64,000 nt of DNA from an uncultured beta proteobacterium (GCA_963802355.1 CAWDIV010000021.1:41847-105846); one strand, 5' to 3'; positions 48,101-60,244 are shown, numbered from the stretch's first letter. The notes: a model not told the origin generated them from the letters alone. Numbers and translations: made by a program.

Positions 48101-48754
48101 ATGCAACTGAATCCACAGGATCTGAAGAGAATCACCGAGCTCACGCTGGAACATTACGAGCGGAATGCCGGCGACTTCTGGGAAGGCACGCGCGATCACG
48201 ACGTGAGCCAGAACATCGCGGCGCTCCTGCAATACATCGAGGGTGAACCGCCGTACACGATACTCGATCTGGGCTGCGGGCCGGGACGCGACTTGAAGAC
48301 ATTTGCCGAGCTCGGCCACCGCGCGAGAGGACTGGAAGGGTCTGCCCGATTCGCCGCCATGGCGCGCGACTACAGCGGCTGCGAGGTGTGGGAGCAGGAT
48401 TTTCTAGAGCTCGATCTGCCCGCCGGCGATTTCGACGGTGTTTTCGCCAACGCGGCGCTGTTTCACGTGCCCAGCCAGGAATTGGGCCGGGTATTGCGGG
48501 CGTTGAACGCGACCCTGAAGCCCCGCGGCGTTCTGTTCGCCTCGAATCCGCGCGGCCGCAACGAGGAGGGCTGGAACGGCGGGCGCTACGGCGCGTATCA
48601 CGATCTTGAAGCCTGGCGCCGCTATCTGTCAGCCGCGGGGTTCGTGGAGCTCACCCACTATTACCGCCCGGCCGGCCTCCCGCGCGAACGGCAGCCCTGG
48701 CTGGCGACTGTCTGGCGCAAGGAGACGGGCGTGACAAGTAAGAAGGGATCGTGA
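48101..48754 (+). CDS. Class I SAM-dependent methyltransferase
   Basis: ILDLGCGPGRDL motif I, FDGVFANAALFHV, LKPRGVLF. Confidence 0.8.
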   Translation: MQLNPQDLKRITELTLEHYERNAGDFWEGTRDHDVSQNIAALLQYIEGEPPYTILDLGCGPGRDLKTFAELGHRARGLEGSARFAAMARDYSGCEVWEQDFLELDLPAGDFDGVFANAALFHVPSQELGRVLRALNATLKPRGVLFASNPRGRNEEGWNGGRYGAYHDLEAWRRYLSAAGFVELTHYYRPAGLPRERQPWLATVWRKETGVTSKKGS

Positions 48755-48779
48755 TAGCTGGCGTGGGCGTCGTCCCTCG

Positions 48780-50824
<2,045 letters not shown>

Positions 50825-51061
50825 CTGGTCCTCTACGTGACCCAGATTTGACACTTCCGCAAGCCACACGAAGACAGTATGCATCCCTCGCGGAGCCTCA
50901 TCAAGCGTGTGCGCGGCACTCGCGGCTGGAACGCCGGTATGAATCGCGTCCGCGATTGCCGCTGTGACCCCCGGCCATGCGACAGATTGACGGTGGACAA
51001 CCGGTTCGTCCTCATGTACGGTGAACGCCCCCTCAACGCGATAGACAGAGGAGTCCACAAC

Positions 51062-51790
51062 ATGCGCAAGGACATCAAAATCCGCTCGAGCAACGGCGGC
51101 GAGTTCGATTGCTACCTGGTAACGCCCGACGGCGACGGCAAGGTTCCGGCCATCGTGCTCGCGTCCGCGGTACATGGGGTGGACAAGGACATGCGCGCGA
51201 TCGCCGACGAGTTCGCCTCGCACGGCTACATCGCCGCGGCGCCCGATCTGTTCTGGCGCACCGTGCCGGGGCCGCTCGGCCGCGACGACGACCGGACGAA
51301 GTCGCGCTCGCAGCCCCGCCTGCAGGTGATAAAAACCGGCGAAACCGACATGGCGGATGCCCTGGCCGAGGTGCGCAAGCTGCCGCAATTCAACGGCCGC
51401 GCCGCAACGATGGGATTCTGCTTCGGCGGTCCCTACGCGATCCTGGGCCCGCAGCGCCTGGGCTACGACGCCGGCATCTCCTGTCACGGCACGCAGATGC
51501 TGGACTACATCAAGGAGCTCGACGGCGTTACCCAGCCCGTCTGCATCATCTGGGGCGATCAGGATCACGCGGCGCCGCCTCCGGTGCAGGAGGCCTATCG
51601 CGCCGTGCCGTCGCGCATGAAGAACGTCGAAGTGCACATCTTCCCGGGCGTCCAGCATGGCTACATGATGCCGGGCAATCCGAAGGCATTCGATCAAAAA
51701 ACGCGTGATTTCTCCATGTCGCGTGCGCTGGCGATCTTGAGCGGGTTGCGCGGCGAGAGTGCGCGGGAAACGCTGCGCAAGGCGTCGTGA
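51062..51790 (+). CDS. Dienelactone hydrolase-family protein
   Basis: 242 aa from MRKDIKI; GFCFGG nucleophile motif, HGYMMPG; GGAG upstream. Confidence 0.8.
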   Translation: MRKDIKIRSSNGGEFDCYLVTPDGDGKVPAIVLASAVHGVDKDMRAIADEFASHGYIAAAPDLFWRTVPGPLGRDDDRTKSRSQPRLQVIKTGETDMADALAEVRKLPQFNGRAATMGFCFGGPYAILGPQRLGYDAGISCHGTQMLDYIKELDGVTQPVCIIWGDQDHAAPPPVQEAYRAVPSRMKNVEVHIFPGVQHGYMMPGNPKAFDQKTRDFSMSRALAILSGLRGESARETLRKAS

Positions 51791-51882
51791 ATGCCGTATT
51801 CCGAATCATCACGGGAATGTTTCGTGGCCGCAGGTTGTTTATCCCCGTATCCACCTAACCTGCGATAGAAAGGAGTTGGACC

Positions 51883-52239
51883 ATGGGACGAAACATGATT
51901 CTCTGGATTGCCGCCATCGGAGCCACCGCCAGCTTGCTTCCGGGGCCCGGATTCGCGCAGCCGAACACGCGGGTGGAGCTGCTGGGAACGTCGATGTCGG
52001 CCAATGATCACGCCGACAGAGTGGTGAGGATCGACCCCAACACCCGTTGGGCGAATGCGCGGGAGAACGAAACCGTGAAATTCCTGGTGCGCACCAGCTC
52101 CGGGTCGGAGCAAGCGTTCGCCTGGCGGTTCACGACTCCTTTTTTCGCGGTGGACCTGAGGAGAATCGCGCCGCCCGGCTTGATTGACCGTACGCTCTTC
52201 GTCTACCTCGCAACCGATCCACAGGGGCAGAACGACTGA
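51883..52239 (+). CDS. CzcE-like periplasmic metal-binding protein
   Basis: Signal peptide; DRVVRIDPNTRWANARENETVKF...FAWRF...VDLRRIAPPG matches the CzcE-family pattern as remembered. Confidence 0.55.
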   Translation: MGRNMILWIAAIGATASLLPGPGFAQPNTRVELLGTSMSANDHADRVVRIDPNTRWANARENETVKFLVRTSSGSEQAFAWRFTTPFFAVDLRRIAPPGLIDRTLFVYLATDPQGQND

Positions 52240-52858
52240 TTACTTGAAAACCTGCTGCATGTAGACGATGAGATCGGCGCGCTCGCGCGCGTCGGGCATG
52301 CCGGCGTAAGGCATGCGCGCATGGGCAGCGCTTCCATCTTGATGTTGTTGCGGACCGTGAGCGTGTCCTGCTGCGTGTTCTGCATGAGATCGTGGCGGTG
52401 CACGTAGCGCAACTCGTCGCGCACCCCTGGCAGCGAATAGTCGTTCGCGGTGTTGCGCATTCCGCCACGCTCGAGCGCGACGACCTTCGGTCCGGCTTCG
52501 GTCAATTCTTTCGACAGTATGCCGCCCGTCCAGCCCAGGCCGACGACGACGACATCGACTTCCTTCAGTTTGGTCGCCATGTGATTTCTCCCGGTCAGCA
52601 CATGTCGGCGATACTGATGACGTCGGCCGTGTATTTCTTGTCACGGAACTTCTCGACGTTCTGATAGTGCACGGCGATGATCCCGGGGAATCCGTCGCGC
52701 ACCCCTGGCAGCGAATAATCGTTCGCGGTGTTGCGCATTCCGCCGCGCTCGAGCGCGACGACCTTCAGTCCGGCTTCGGTCAATTCTTTCGACAGTATGC
52801 CGCCCGTCCAGCCCAGGCCGACGACAACGACATCGACTTCCTTCAGTTTGGTCGCCAT
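52240..52858 (-). pseudogene. Remnants of the gluconate 2-dehydrogenase flavoprotein and cytochrome c subunit genes (two 5' fragments, one chimeric ORF, one 3' tail)
   Basis: MATKLKEVDVVVVGLGWTGGILSKELTEAG occurs twice (starts 52858 and 52580). The first copy is fused to a subunit-3 tail. The second stops after about 90 aa and abuts the cytochrome c C-terminus MPYAGMPDARERADLIVYMQQVFK. Confidence 0.7.
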
Positions 52859-52970
52859 GTGATTTCTCCCGGTCAGCTCATGTCAGCGATGCTGACGATA
52901 TCGGCGATATATTTCTTGTCGCGATACTTCTCGACGTTCTGATAGTGCACCGCGATGATCCCGGGGAAAC
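52415..52970 (-). repeat. Diverged tandem duplication, 2 x 278 bp
   Basis: Unit 52415-52692 against unit 52693-52970 (constant offset of 278 nt). Each unit carries the subunit-3 3' end, the spacer and the flavoprotein 5' end. Confidence 0.75.
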
Positions 52971-53592
52971 CGATCATCTTCCAGCCCGCCTTGTTCCGGT
53001 TGCCGCCATGGATCGGGTCCGCGAACATGCCCTGCATGACGTTCTGGTAGAGCATGGCGAAGAAGACGCGCGCCGGCGGACCGCCCTCGAACGCGACCTT
53101 GCCCGTCTGCCAGGCCAGTAGAAATTCCTCGCGCTGAGCCTCGGTGATCTTGTCGAACGGTTTGCCGTAGGTCTTGACGCAATAGGCGTTGGCCGCCGGA
53201 ATGCCAACGCGATACAGCTCGGCAGGCGTCAGCGGCAACTGATAGCCTTGGTTCGGGTGGCCCTGCTTCCAGGGCCCCTGCATGTAGAGCCGCGCGCCCT
53301 TGCCCCAACCGCCGGCCAGCGCGCGATCGATGTAGATGTTGATCCCGATGTCCGTGCCCTTCGGGGACAGCGCGTCAGCCGGCACCATGTGGTCGACGAG
53401 GGCCTCGACGAAAGCCTGCTCTTCCAGGTTGAGATATGCATAGGCCGCGCTCGCGGGCGCGGGAGCACCTTGCTGAGCCGGCGCTGCGCCCTGCTGAGCC
53501 GGTGCGGATTGCGGCAGTGAGACTGCGGCGGCAGCGCTGCCCGCCACTGCGCTCTTCAGGAATTTGCGGCGATCGAACGCGTCGTTTTTCAT
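52873..53592 (-). CDS. Gluconate 2-dehydrogenase subunit 3-family protein (Tat leader)
   Basis: 239 aa; DRRKFLKSAVAGSAAAA leader and family-like core (FVEALVDHMVPAD...). Confidence 0.8.
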   Translation of the reverse strand: MKNDAFDRRKFLKSAVAGSAAAAVSLPQSAPAQQGAAPAQQGAPAPASAAYAYLNLEEQAFVEALVDHMVPADALSPKGTDIGINIYIDRALAGGWGKGARLYMQGPWKQGHPNQGYQLPLTPAELYRVGIPAANAYCVKTYGKPFDKITEAQREEFLLAWQTGKVAFEGGPPARVFFAMLYQNVMQGMFADPIHGGNRNKAGWKMIGFPGIIAVHYQNVEKYRDKKYIADIVSIADMS

Positions 53593-53777
53593 GACTCCCC
53601 CTTTTCCTAGTGAACGGAAAGAAGCGGGTCATCATGGAGCGGCGACCCCATTCCTGCGCGCGTACCAACAGCGGTCAGTATAGGCCTCCCGGATGCCTGT
53701 TGCAAGCAAGAGGATGTACACTACCCCGTAACGCTCCGCGCTCGAGGGCGTTGCTCCGTATCGAGAGGAAGCGCTCC

Positions 53778-54698
53778 ATGACGCTCAAGAAAACCCGGAT
53801 CGAGGTCAACAATGCCGTATTCTCCTTGCCGTACCACGTGGCACGAGAGGAAGGCTACTTCGCGGCGGAAGGATACGACGTGGAGCTCGTTCCCGCCGGC
53901 TCGGGCCGCGACCGTGACAAGGAGGTCCCGGAGCGGCCGATCGAAGACCATCGCACGGTGCGGTCCTATGGCTGGCACGAAGGGATCGAAAAAGGCGAGT
54001 TCTGCATGTACCGCGCTTGCGAGTGGGGCCAGATCCGCCGCACCCAGGACAGTTCCGCGAAGGTCAAGGTCGTCAGCAAGCGCGCCGCCATCGCCACGCA
54101 GGCCATCGTCGTGCGTCCCGAATCGGCCTGCAACGTGCCGCAGGATCTGCGTGGCAAGACCGTCGCCGTCAACTTCCACGCGGGCTCACACTACATCACC
54201 CTATCCATGCTCGGCGGCTCGATGAACAGCAAGGAGGAAGTGAGGCCCGTGCACGTCGGCGGACCCAGACAGCGGTTGCGTTTCCTCGAAGAAGGAAAGG
54301 TCGAGGCCGCCGCGCTGATGGAGCCGTGGATCACGGTCGCCGCGAAAAAAGGGCTCAAGATCATCTGCGAGGCCTTTTACGAAGGCGCCGAAGTCGCTAC
54401 CCCCGACGTCGATCCCGAGATGTACGCCGCGGTGAACCGCTCCATCATCAAAGCCGTCCGGAAAATCAACGAGGACATCCGGCCCTATCTGAAGTACCTG
54501 ATCCGGGAAGTGCCGGCGGACGTCATGCAGCTCACCGCAGATGATTTCTATCTTCCCCGGTTCCGTTACGTCGCCCCGCGCCCGTACACGCGCGAGGAAT
54601 ACGAGCATCTGCACGACTGGATGACAGGCTGGGACCTGCTCAACCCTGAAAGCAATTACGAGACTATCGTAAGCACCAAGATTGGCGCCGCGGGATAA
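53778..54698 (+). CDS. NMT1/THI5-like substrate-binding-fold protein (no signal peptide)
   Basis: 306 aa from MTLKKTRIEV; FSLPYHVAREEGYF, KTVAVNFHAGSHY. Confidence 0.65.
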   Translation: MTLKKTRIEVNNAVFSLPYHVAREEGYFAAEGYDVELVPAGSGRDRDKEVPERPIEDHRTVRSYGWHEGIEKGEFCMYRACEWGQIRRTQDSSAKVKVVSKRAAIATQAIVVRPESACNVPQDLRGKTVAVNFHAGSHYITLSMLGGSMNSKEEVRPVHVGGPRQRLRFLEEGKVEAAALMEPWITVAAKKGLKIICEAFYEGAEVATPDVDPEMYAAVNRSIIKAVRKINEDIRPYLKYLIREVPADVMQLTADDFYLPRFRYVAPRPYTREEYEHLHDWMTGWDLLNPESNYETIVSTKIGAAG

Positions 54699-54980
54699 CA
54701 AGAATTCCGCGTCGGGAGCTTCCCGTTACGCTTGACCGGAAAATAGGCGGGACTTATTGCTTACTTGGTCATCACGAAAGAGAACGGAGAAGCACGCCCT
54801 TCGTGATCTTTAGGTGCCGAGTTCAGTCGGTGTTATCGACTAATTGGTGGCGAAATCCCCGCGACTGCCTAGATTCACCGGATGTGTTTCTCGGTCCCCG
54901 TTCGCTCGGTCGAATTTCGTAAGCTATATCCCGTCTGAAAGCAGACCCTTCTCCGAAGACGCAGTTCTTGTTCCTGAGTT

Positions 54981-55673
54981 CTATCCCGTCTCGTTGCTTT
55001 CGCTTTCCACTAGAGCCCAGACGCGGCGAAAAGGGCCGCGGTTCTCGATAAGTTCCGTTCCAGCTTCGGCCGCAATACGATCATCCAGCCACACCGGTTT
55101 GCCGAGCGTCGCGCTGATGCACGCGCGCCGCGCGTTCTCCTCGAACAGGAACGCGCCCGCCACCGCCTCTTCGATACTGGCGCCGGTAATCGCCGCGCCG
55201 TGCGCCCGCATTTGGACTGCACGATGCGGTCCGAGCGCCTTGGCGAGCGCCTGGCCGCGCTGCCGGTCGCTGACCAGCCGCGGGTCGGGAAACACCGGTA
55301 TGCCGTCGTGAAAAAGCGTGCCCATCAGGTGGATGGGTTTGAGCGCATGCTCGCTGGTAGTGAAGGCGGTGGAATAAAGCCCGTGGTAGTGGATGACGCT
55401 GCCGACGTCGGGCCGGGCCCGGAGAATGTCCAGATGGATGGGATATTCGCCGGGCGCCTCTCCTTTGCCGTCGAGCTTCCTGCCATCGAAATCCATCACG
55501 ATGAAATCATCCGCGGTCGCCGTGGGGCCCAGGGAATGGCGAGTCAGCAGCAACCGGTCGGATCCAGGGAGCCGAAAGCTCAGGTGGCCGAAGCCCTCGA
55601 TGTAGCCCCGTTTGTAAAGGAAGCGCCACGCCTTGAGCGCTTTGGTCATCAATGCGTTGTCGGTGGCGGTCAT
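54981..55673 (-). CDS. Class II aldolase/adducin-domain protein
   Basis: 230 aa from MTATDNAL; GHLSFR, VIHYHG, MRAHGAAITG motifs. Confidence 0.85.
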   Translation of the reverse strand: MTATDNALMTKALKAWRFLYKRGYIEGFGHLSFRLPGSDRLLLTRHSLGPTATADDFIVMDFDGRKLDGKGEAPGEYPIHLDILRARPDVGSVIHYHGLYSTAFTTSEHALKPIHLMGTLFHDGIPVFPDPRLVSDRQRGQALAKALGPHRAVQMRAHGAAITGASIEEAVAGAFLFEENARRACISATLGKPVWLDDRIAAEAGTELIENRGPFRRVWALVESESNETG

Positions 55674-55681
55674 CAAGATCC

Positions 55682-56932
55682 TCAGACGGTCCGTCGCGGA
55701 TGCGGCCGTCTCTCGACGCGGCCCTCGACCGTAACGTACTCCAGATATTCCTCGGCGGGGCGGCCGTTCACGCGGTCCCACAGCCAGTCGGCGATCAGAT
55801 TCATGAATTTGGGCCCCAGCACTGTGGCGGTCGAGCTCCCCGAGAGGGCGTGGCGCTCGCCCTGGTAGATGACAATGGGCGCCGGACCGCCGCACTCCGC
55901 GGCAAGCCCGAGCGTGTGCCGGATCGGCGAGAGCTCGTCCTTTTCCCCGATCACGTTGAGCCACGGCATCTTTATTTTTCCGGCGAGCGGGCGCAGGTCC
56001 ATCTTCGCCGCCATGCGGTCGAACTCGGCCTCGTCGTGCAGGTTGGTCATCCACATGAAGCGATGCTTGAACGACGGGCTCGCTTCCTCGAATATCGTGT
56101 AGCAGCCGGGCTCGTGGCAGCACAGAACGGTCGCGACACCTATGAGCCGCGGTTGCGTCGCCGCCACCTGCGTCATCCAGTACGAGCCGAAGCTCTGGCC
56201 GAAGCCGACCATGCGCTCCGGGTCGACCTCGGGCCGGCCGGCGAGAAATTTCACCAGGATATCCCCCGCCTCGATCCAGTTGTCCTCGGTCACGTACGCG
56301 CCGAGCAGCGGCGATTCGCCCCGGCCCGGACCATCGACCGCCAGGATCGCGAACCCGCGCTCCAGCAGGCGCTCGCCATACTGCGCGACGACGAGCTCTT
56401 TGCGCGTGTCCATACCGCCCACGGCGAGCACTGTCGGTACCCTGCCGCCGCTGTAGCCGCGGGGCAGGTGGAAATAGGCGGGAAACTTCCCGCGGCCGAA
56501 CGCCAGCTCGATCCGTTCGACCTGGTGCGGCGCATTTTTCATCCACGCCGCGTAGTTCTCGTTCATGCGATCGTAGATCCGGCGCAGCCAGGCGTCGTCT
56601 TCCGTCACCGCCCACGCCGACGCCGTGAGCAATATGGCCGCTGCGAAGTGTTCCTCTCTCGCAGTAACGAGGTGCCCGCGCGCGTGGGCCTCCTGCGCTA
56701 TGCGCTCGTGCCGTTCGGCAGCCGCCTCAAAAACCGGCGCAATGTCTTCGTACTTGCGGATGCGCGCCTTCAGCAGGTTGACTTCCCCCGCCGCTTCCGC
56801 GCCGATCGGCCTGATGGTCTGGAAAGATCGCGGCTGGTCCCAGTCGATGCTTTCGGCGCGTATCGTCGCGTCCAGCAGCCAGCGCTGCTCGTGCCAGCGC
56901 CGCGGTCCCCGCCCGCCTTTGTGCTCGCTCAT
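55682..56932 (-). CDS. Alpha/beta hydrolase (dienelactone/pseudooxynicotine-hydrolase-like)
   Basis: 416 aa from MSEHKGG; GQSFGSYW nucleophile elbow; 8 nt upstream of the aldolase start, so probably one operon. Confidence 0.75.
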   Translation of the reverse strand: MSEHKGGRGPRRWHEQRWLLDATIRAESIDWDQPRSFQTIRPIGAEAAGEVNLLKARIRKYEDIAPVFEAAAERHERIAQEAHARGHLVTAREEHFAAAILLTASAWAVTEDDAWLRRIYDRMNENYAAWMKNAPHQVERIELAFGRGKFPAYFHLPRGYSGGRVPTVLAVGGMDTRKELVVAQYGERLLERGFAILAVDGPGRGESPLLGAYVTEDNWIEAGDILVKFLAGRPEVDPERMVGFGQSFGSYWMTQVAATQPRLIGVATVLCCHEPGCYTIFEEASPSFKHRFMWMTNLHDEAEFDRMAAKMDLRPLAGKIKMPWLNVIGEKDELSPIRHTLGLAAECGGPAPIVIYQGERHALSGSSTATVLGPKFMNLIADWLWDRVNGRPAEEYLEYVTVEGRVERRPHPRRTV

Positions 56933-57089
56933 GGCTGACAGCTCACAGCTGCGATGACGATCTTCCTCATGACGGCGGCCTATCCTGTTTACGGCGAGGT
57001 TTACGCGATGACGGACGGGAGTACGGCAGTAGAATAACACCGCTTGCTGCTTCTCTTACGGATTCGAAATACGACTGTCTGGAGGACTC

Positions 57090-57245
57090 AGCCACAGATA
57101 CACACAGATAAATACGGATAGAAGCGCCGCAACATCGAACACTTCCTGGACGCTGAAGCGCTCCCATCCGCGATGCGCTGTGTTCTCCGGAATGATGAGT
57201 TGCCTGCTTGGACATATCTGTGTTTATCTGTGTTTATCTGTGGCT
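57090..57245. mobile_element. MITE-like hairpin element, CACAGATAAA-arm family, copy d
   Basis: AGCCACAGATACACACAGATAAATACGGATAG ... GGACATATCTGTGTTTATCTGTGTTTATCTGTGGCT, in a divergent promoter region. Confidence 0.75.
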
Positions 57246-57291
57246 CAAATCGGTTTTTGAGAGGGCTTCCACCAACCCACGAGAAAATACG

Positions 57292-58293
57292 ATGAACGGC
57301 AGATCGGCCATTCAAGTCTTGTTACTGCTGTCCGTTATCGGGTCGTCGTGCACGGCGGAGAGTTTCGCGGCCCAGGGCAAACCGTCCGCCGGCAGCGCAT
57401 ACCCCGACAAGCCGATACGCTTCATCATCCCCTACCCCGCGGGCGGCGCTACGGATGTCTTGAGCCGCATACTGGGAGAGCGGCTGGCGGCCCAGGTGGG
57501 CCAGCCTGTCGTAGCGGACAACCGTGGCGGGGCGGCAGGCAGGATCGGCCTCGACCTGCTGGCGAAATCGCCGCCCGACGGCTACACGATCTCCCTGCCC
57601 TCGTCGGGGGTGGCGATCAGCGCGACCCTGATCCGGAACATGCCGTACGATCCGCTGCGGGACTTCGCGCCGGTCACGCTCGTGGCCGACATACCCAACC
57701 TCGTCATCACACCGGCGACGTTACCCGTCACCACGCTCAAGGATTTCATCGCGCTGCTCAAGTCCAAGCCCGGCGCGTACAACTACGGTTCGGGCGGCGT
57801 GGGCGCGACCAACCACATTACTGCCGAGCTGTTCCAGCTCGTCGCGGGCGTGCGGATGTCGCACGTGCCCTACAAGAGCTCGGCAGCGGGACTGACCGAC
57901 GTGATCTCTGGCCAGGTTCAGATGATGCTGATCGGGCCCCCCGCAGCCGCGCCGCACGTGCAGGCGGGACGTTTGCGCGCCTTGGCGGTGGCTTACCACA
58001 AGCGTTTCTCCGGCATGCCCGAAGTGCCGACGACGGCGGAAGCGGGACTCCCCGGAGTGGATGCTCCCACTTGGTACGGCATCGTCGTGCCCGCCGGTAC
58101 GCCCAAGACAATCGTTGACCGGCTCAACCGAGAATTCGTAGCGATGCTGAACACGACGGAGTTGAAAAAACACATGCTCCTGCTGGGCGCGGAACCGCGG
58201 CCTCAAACGCCCGAGGAATTCTCGCAGTTCATGCGCCGGGAAGTGGACAAGTGGGCGAAGGTCATCAAGGCGGCCGGGGTGAAGCCCGAATGA
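57292..58293 (+). CDS. Bug/TctC-family substrate-binding protein
   Basis: MNGRSAIQVLLLLSVIG signal peptide; KPIRFIIPYPAGGATDVLSR; C-terminal EVDKWAKVIKAAGV. Confidence 0.9.
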   Translation: MNGRSAIQVLLLLSVIGSSCTAESFAAQGKPSAGSAYPDKPIRFIIPYPAGGATDVLSRILGERLAAQVGQPVVADNRGGAAGRIGLDLLAKSPPDGYTISLPSSGVAISATLIRNMPYDPLRDFAPVTLVADIPNLVITPATLPVTTLKDFIALLKSKPGAYNYGSGGVGATNHITAELFQLVAGVRMSHVPYKSSAAGLTDVISGQVQMMLIGPPAAAPHVQAGRLRALAVAYHKRFSGMPEVPTTAEAGLPGVDAPTWYGIVVPAGTPKTIVDRLNREFVAMLNTTELKKHMLLLGAEPRPQTPEEFSQFMRREVDKWAKVIKAAGVKPE

Positions 58294-58296
58294 GGC

Positions 58297-58362
58297 GTGA
58301 TGGGTGATGGTAATGGTGATGGGTGACGAGTAGAGTGACGAGTGACCAGTGACGGGTGACGC
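58297..58362 (+). repeat. GTGAYGR heptamer array (about 9 units with two short irregular units)
   Basis: gtgatgg gtgatgg taatgg(g)tgatgg gtgacga gtaga gtgacga gtgacca gtgacgg gtgacgc; begins 4 nt after the Bug stop codon. Confidence 0.85.
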
Positions 58363-58543
58363 GTGCGGGCGGAGCAACCCGTAGGCGCTTGTGAATCTCC
58401 ACTCGCAGGTCGGCTTTTTTAGGCCATGAACGACATAACTTGCTGATGTCGTTGAACGATGACACACGCCAGCGGAAAATGACGGCTTGCAAACCGCCAC
58501 TTTTAGCAAAACCAATCCAAGTTGGCCACAGGAAGTTAGATCC

Positions 58544-59318
58544 ATGAAAGCGATCAGCAAGACGCCGTTTATCGAAGCGGTTCGCACTTGGGATGCGAAG
58601 CAAGTCGCTGGCACACTTCACGAGCGGCCGGAGTTCGTATCGATCCTTGACGATGCGGGGAGAACGCTGCTTCACAATTGCGCCCGCCGACCCATTTCAA
58701 ATGAAAACAACAGCGCAGCGTCAATCGCGACAGCCAATGTTCTTCTCAAGGCTGGGGTGCCCATTGACGCCGTAGAAGCGATAAAAGACGATGGCGAAAT
58801 ATTTCCCGCCACTGCATTGTGGTACGCACTCGCATGGGGTCGTAACAGACCGCTCGCGTCATTTCTCTTGAAGGCTGGGGCCGATCCAAGTCATTGTATG
58901 TTCGCATTGGTCTATGCGGACGATCTCGCGTCAGCAAAGCTTGTCCGCCGCTACGGCGCAGAGGTCGATGAGGTCTTCGGCGGCGAAACTCCGCTCATAT
59001 ACGCGATGCGGCATCAACGCGCGAAATTTTCGGAGTGGCTTTTGAAGGAAGGAGCGAATCCAAACGCGCGCGATCGTCGCGGTCTAAGTGCAATGCACCA
59101 CGCAGTTAGGCGACGCCTTTCCGGAATCGACGCTGAAAGCATTGCTCAAAGCCGGAGCGGACACCGGTGTGGTCGCGGCCGATGGTACGTCAGTCGCTCA
59201 ACTTGCGACACGAGCGCAGCGGGCGCTCCTCCGAATCGATGTCGTCCCTACGAAGCAAACTGCGGCTAACAAACGGCTGGAGCCGACGCTTTCAAAGCAA
59301 CGCGCGGCTCAGCCGTGA
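58544..59318 (+). pseudogene. Ankyrin-repeat protein, frame broken once near 59117
   Basis: GRTLLHNCA..., TPLIYAMRH...LLKEGANPNARDRRGLSAMHHAV, then the next repeat (FPESTLKALLKAGADTGVVAADGTSVAQLA) is in the +1 frame; the region is locally less GC-rich. Confidence 0.65.
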
Positions 59319-59472
59319 CGTTTAGGCGTTTGCCGAAATGACGGCGTTAAGCTCACCGAGGCTTACACATACGATCAGCTGGCGCAGACCCCCCAGCTGA
59401 CTATCAAGTCCTTCGAACAGGTGTCCGTCCTGCTGTCGCGTCAGATTTTCTCGGACTTGAAGCAGTAGTCAC

Positions 59473-59943
59473 TCACGATTCGTAATGCGACCCAAAGCTC
59501 ACGCCGTCCATCTTCGCCAGCTCTTCCAGCTCGATGTATGACCGCTTGGTTTCGCGGTCCACCGTGAACTGCATGCGCTTGTGGCCCTCCAGCGTGGCGC
59601 GTATGGACAATAGCTGCAGGCCGTTCGGCCCGACCTGCCATTCATGCGAGCCGGCGATTCCCGGGGGCGCGTAGATCGCGGATCCGGGACCGACTTCGTA
59701 TTCCCTGCCGTTGTAATCCCGAACGGTGGCGCTGCCCGCCATCACGTAATAGAAGACTTCGATCGCGTGCCAATGCAGCTCTTCATGCGTGCCCGCCTTG
59801 AACGTGGCCACCGCCACGCGGATCCGTTCGCTGGGGAACTCGGGAACCCCCACCAGCGGCTGCAATACCTGCCCCTCGACCACCCCGGGCAGCTCTTTCA
59901 CCTGTGCTTTGTTGATGACGCGCAGCGTCGATGCCAGCTCCAT
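59473..59943 (-). CDS. Cupin-domain protein
   Basis: 156 aa; GTHEELHWHAIEVFYYVMAG ... GSAIYAPPG cupin motifs. Confidence 0.8.
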   Translation of the reverse strand: MELASTLRVINKAQVKELPGVVEGQVLQPLVGVPEFPSERIRVAVATFKAGTHEELHWHAIEVFYYVMAGSATVRDYNGREYEVGPGSAIYAPPGIAGSHEWQVGPNGLQLLSIRATLEGHKRMQFTVDRETKRSYIELEELAKMDGVSFGSHYES

Positions 59944-59963
59944 CTCGACTTCTCCAGTTTGAT

Positions 59964-59990
59964 CTATCGAGCTTTACGCAACTTCGTTAC
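59964..59990 (+). repeat. 27-nt conserved intergenic motif, copy 2 (ctatcgagctttacgcaacttcgttac)
   Basis: 26 of 27 identical to 8475-8501; 21 nt upstream of the cupin start on the opposite strand. Confidence 0.7.
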
Positions 59991-60244
59991 CGACTTTACA
60001 AGCCGCTTTTGGGCAAAGGATTGTGTTGCGGAGCGTGCGGCAATTCAATTTAGGGGTCAAGTATGAGCACCGCGCTCGTTCCAAAAAATTAGGGCGATGA
60101 ATTTAATAGTGGGCGTAGGCCTGAAGACCGATACTCGTTAGGACCTCTGGGGTATGTGCCACGCAGGCCGAATGCGGAAGAATCTGATCCACAGGTTGCC
60201 GGGTTTCCGAGCAGCCATGACCGCAGACAGAACCGGAGATTCAG

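Noticed and set aside
50879-51061. N-terminal 61-residue extension of the dienelactone hydrolase ORF, and the 465-aa antisense ORF 50300-51697
   Set aside because: The extension is Arg/Cys-rich and precedes a good GGAG-ATG start at 51062. The antisense ORF is a shadow frame except for its last part, which belongs to the CheB/CheR remnant.
58297-58362. Heptamer and octamer arrays considered as CRISPR or mini-CRISPR
   Set aside because: The units are 7-14 nt and directly abutting with no spacers, and there are no cas genes in the window. They are simple tandem repeats.
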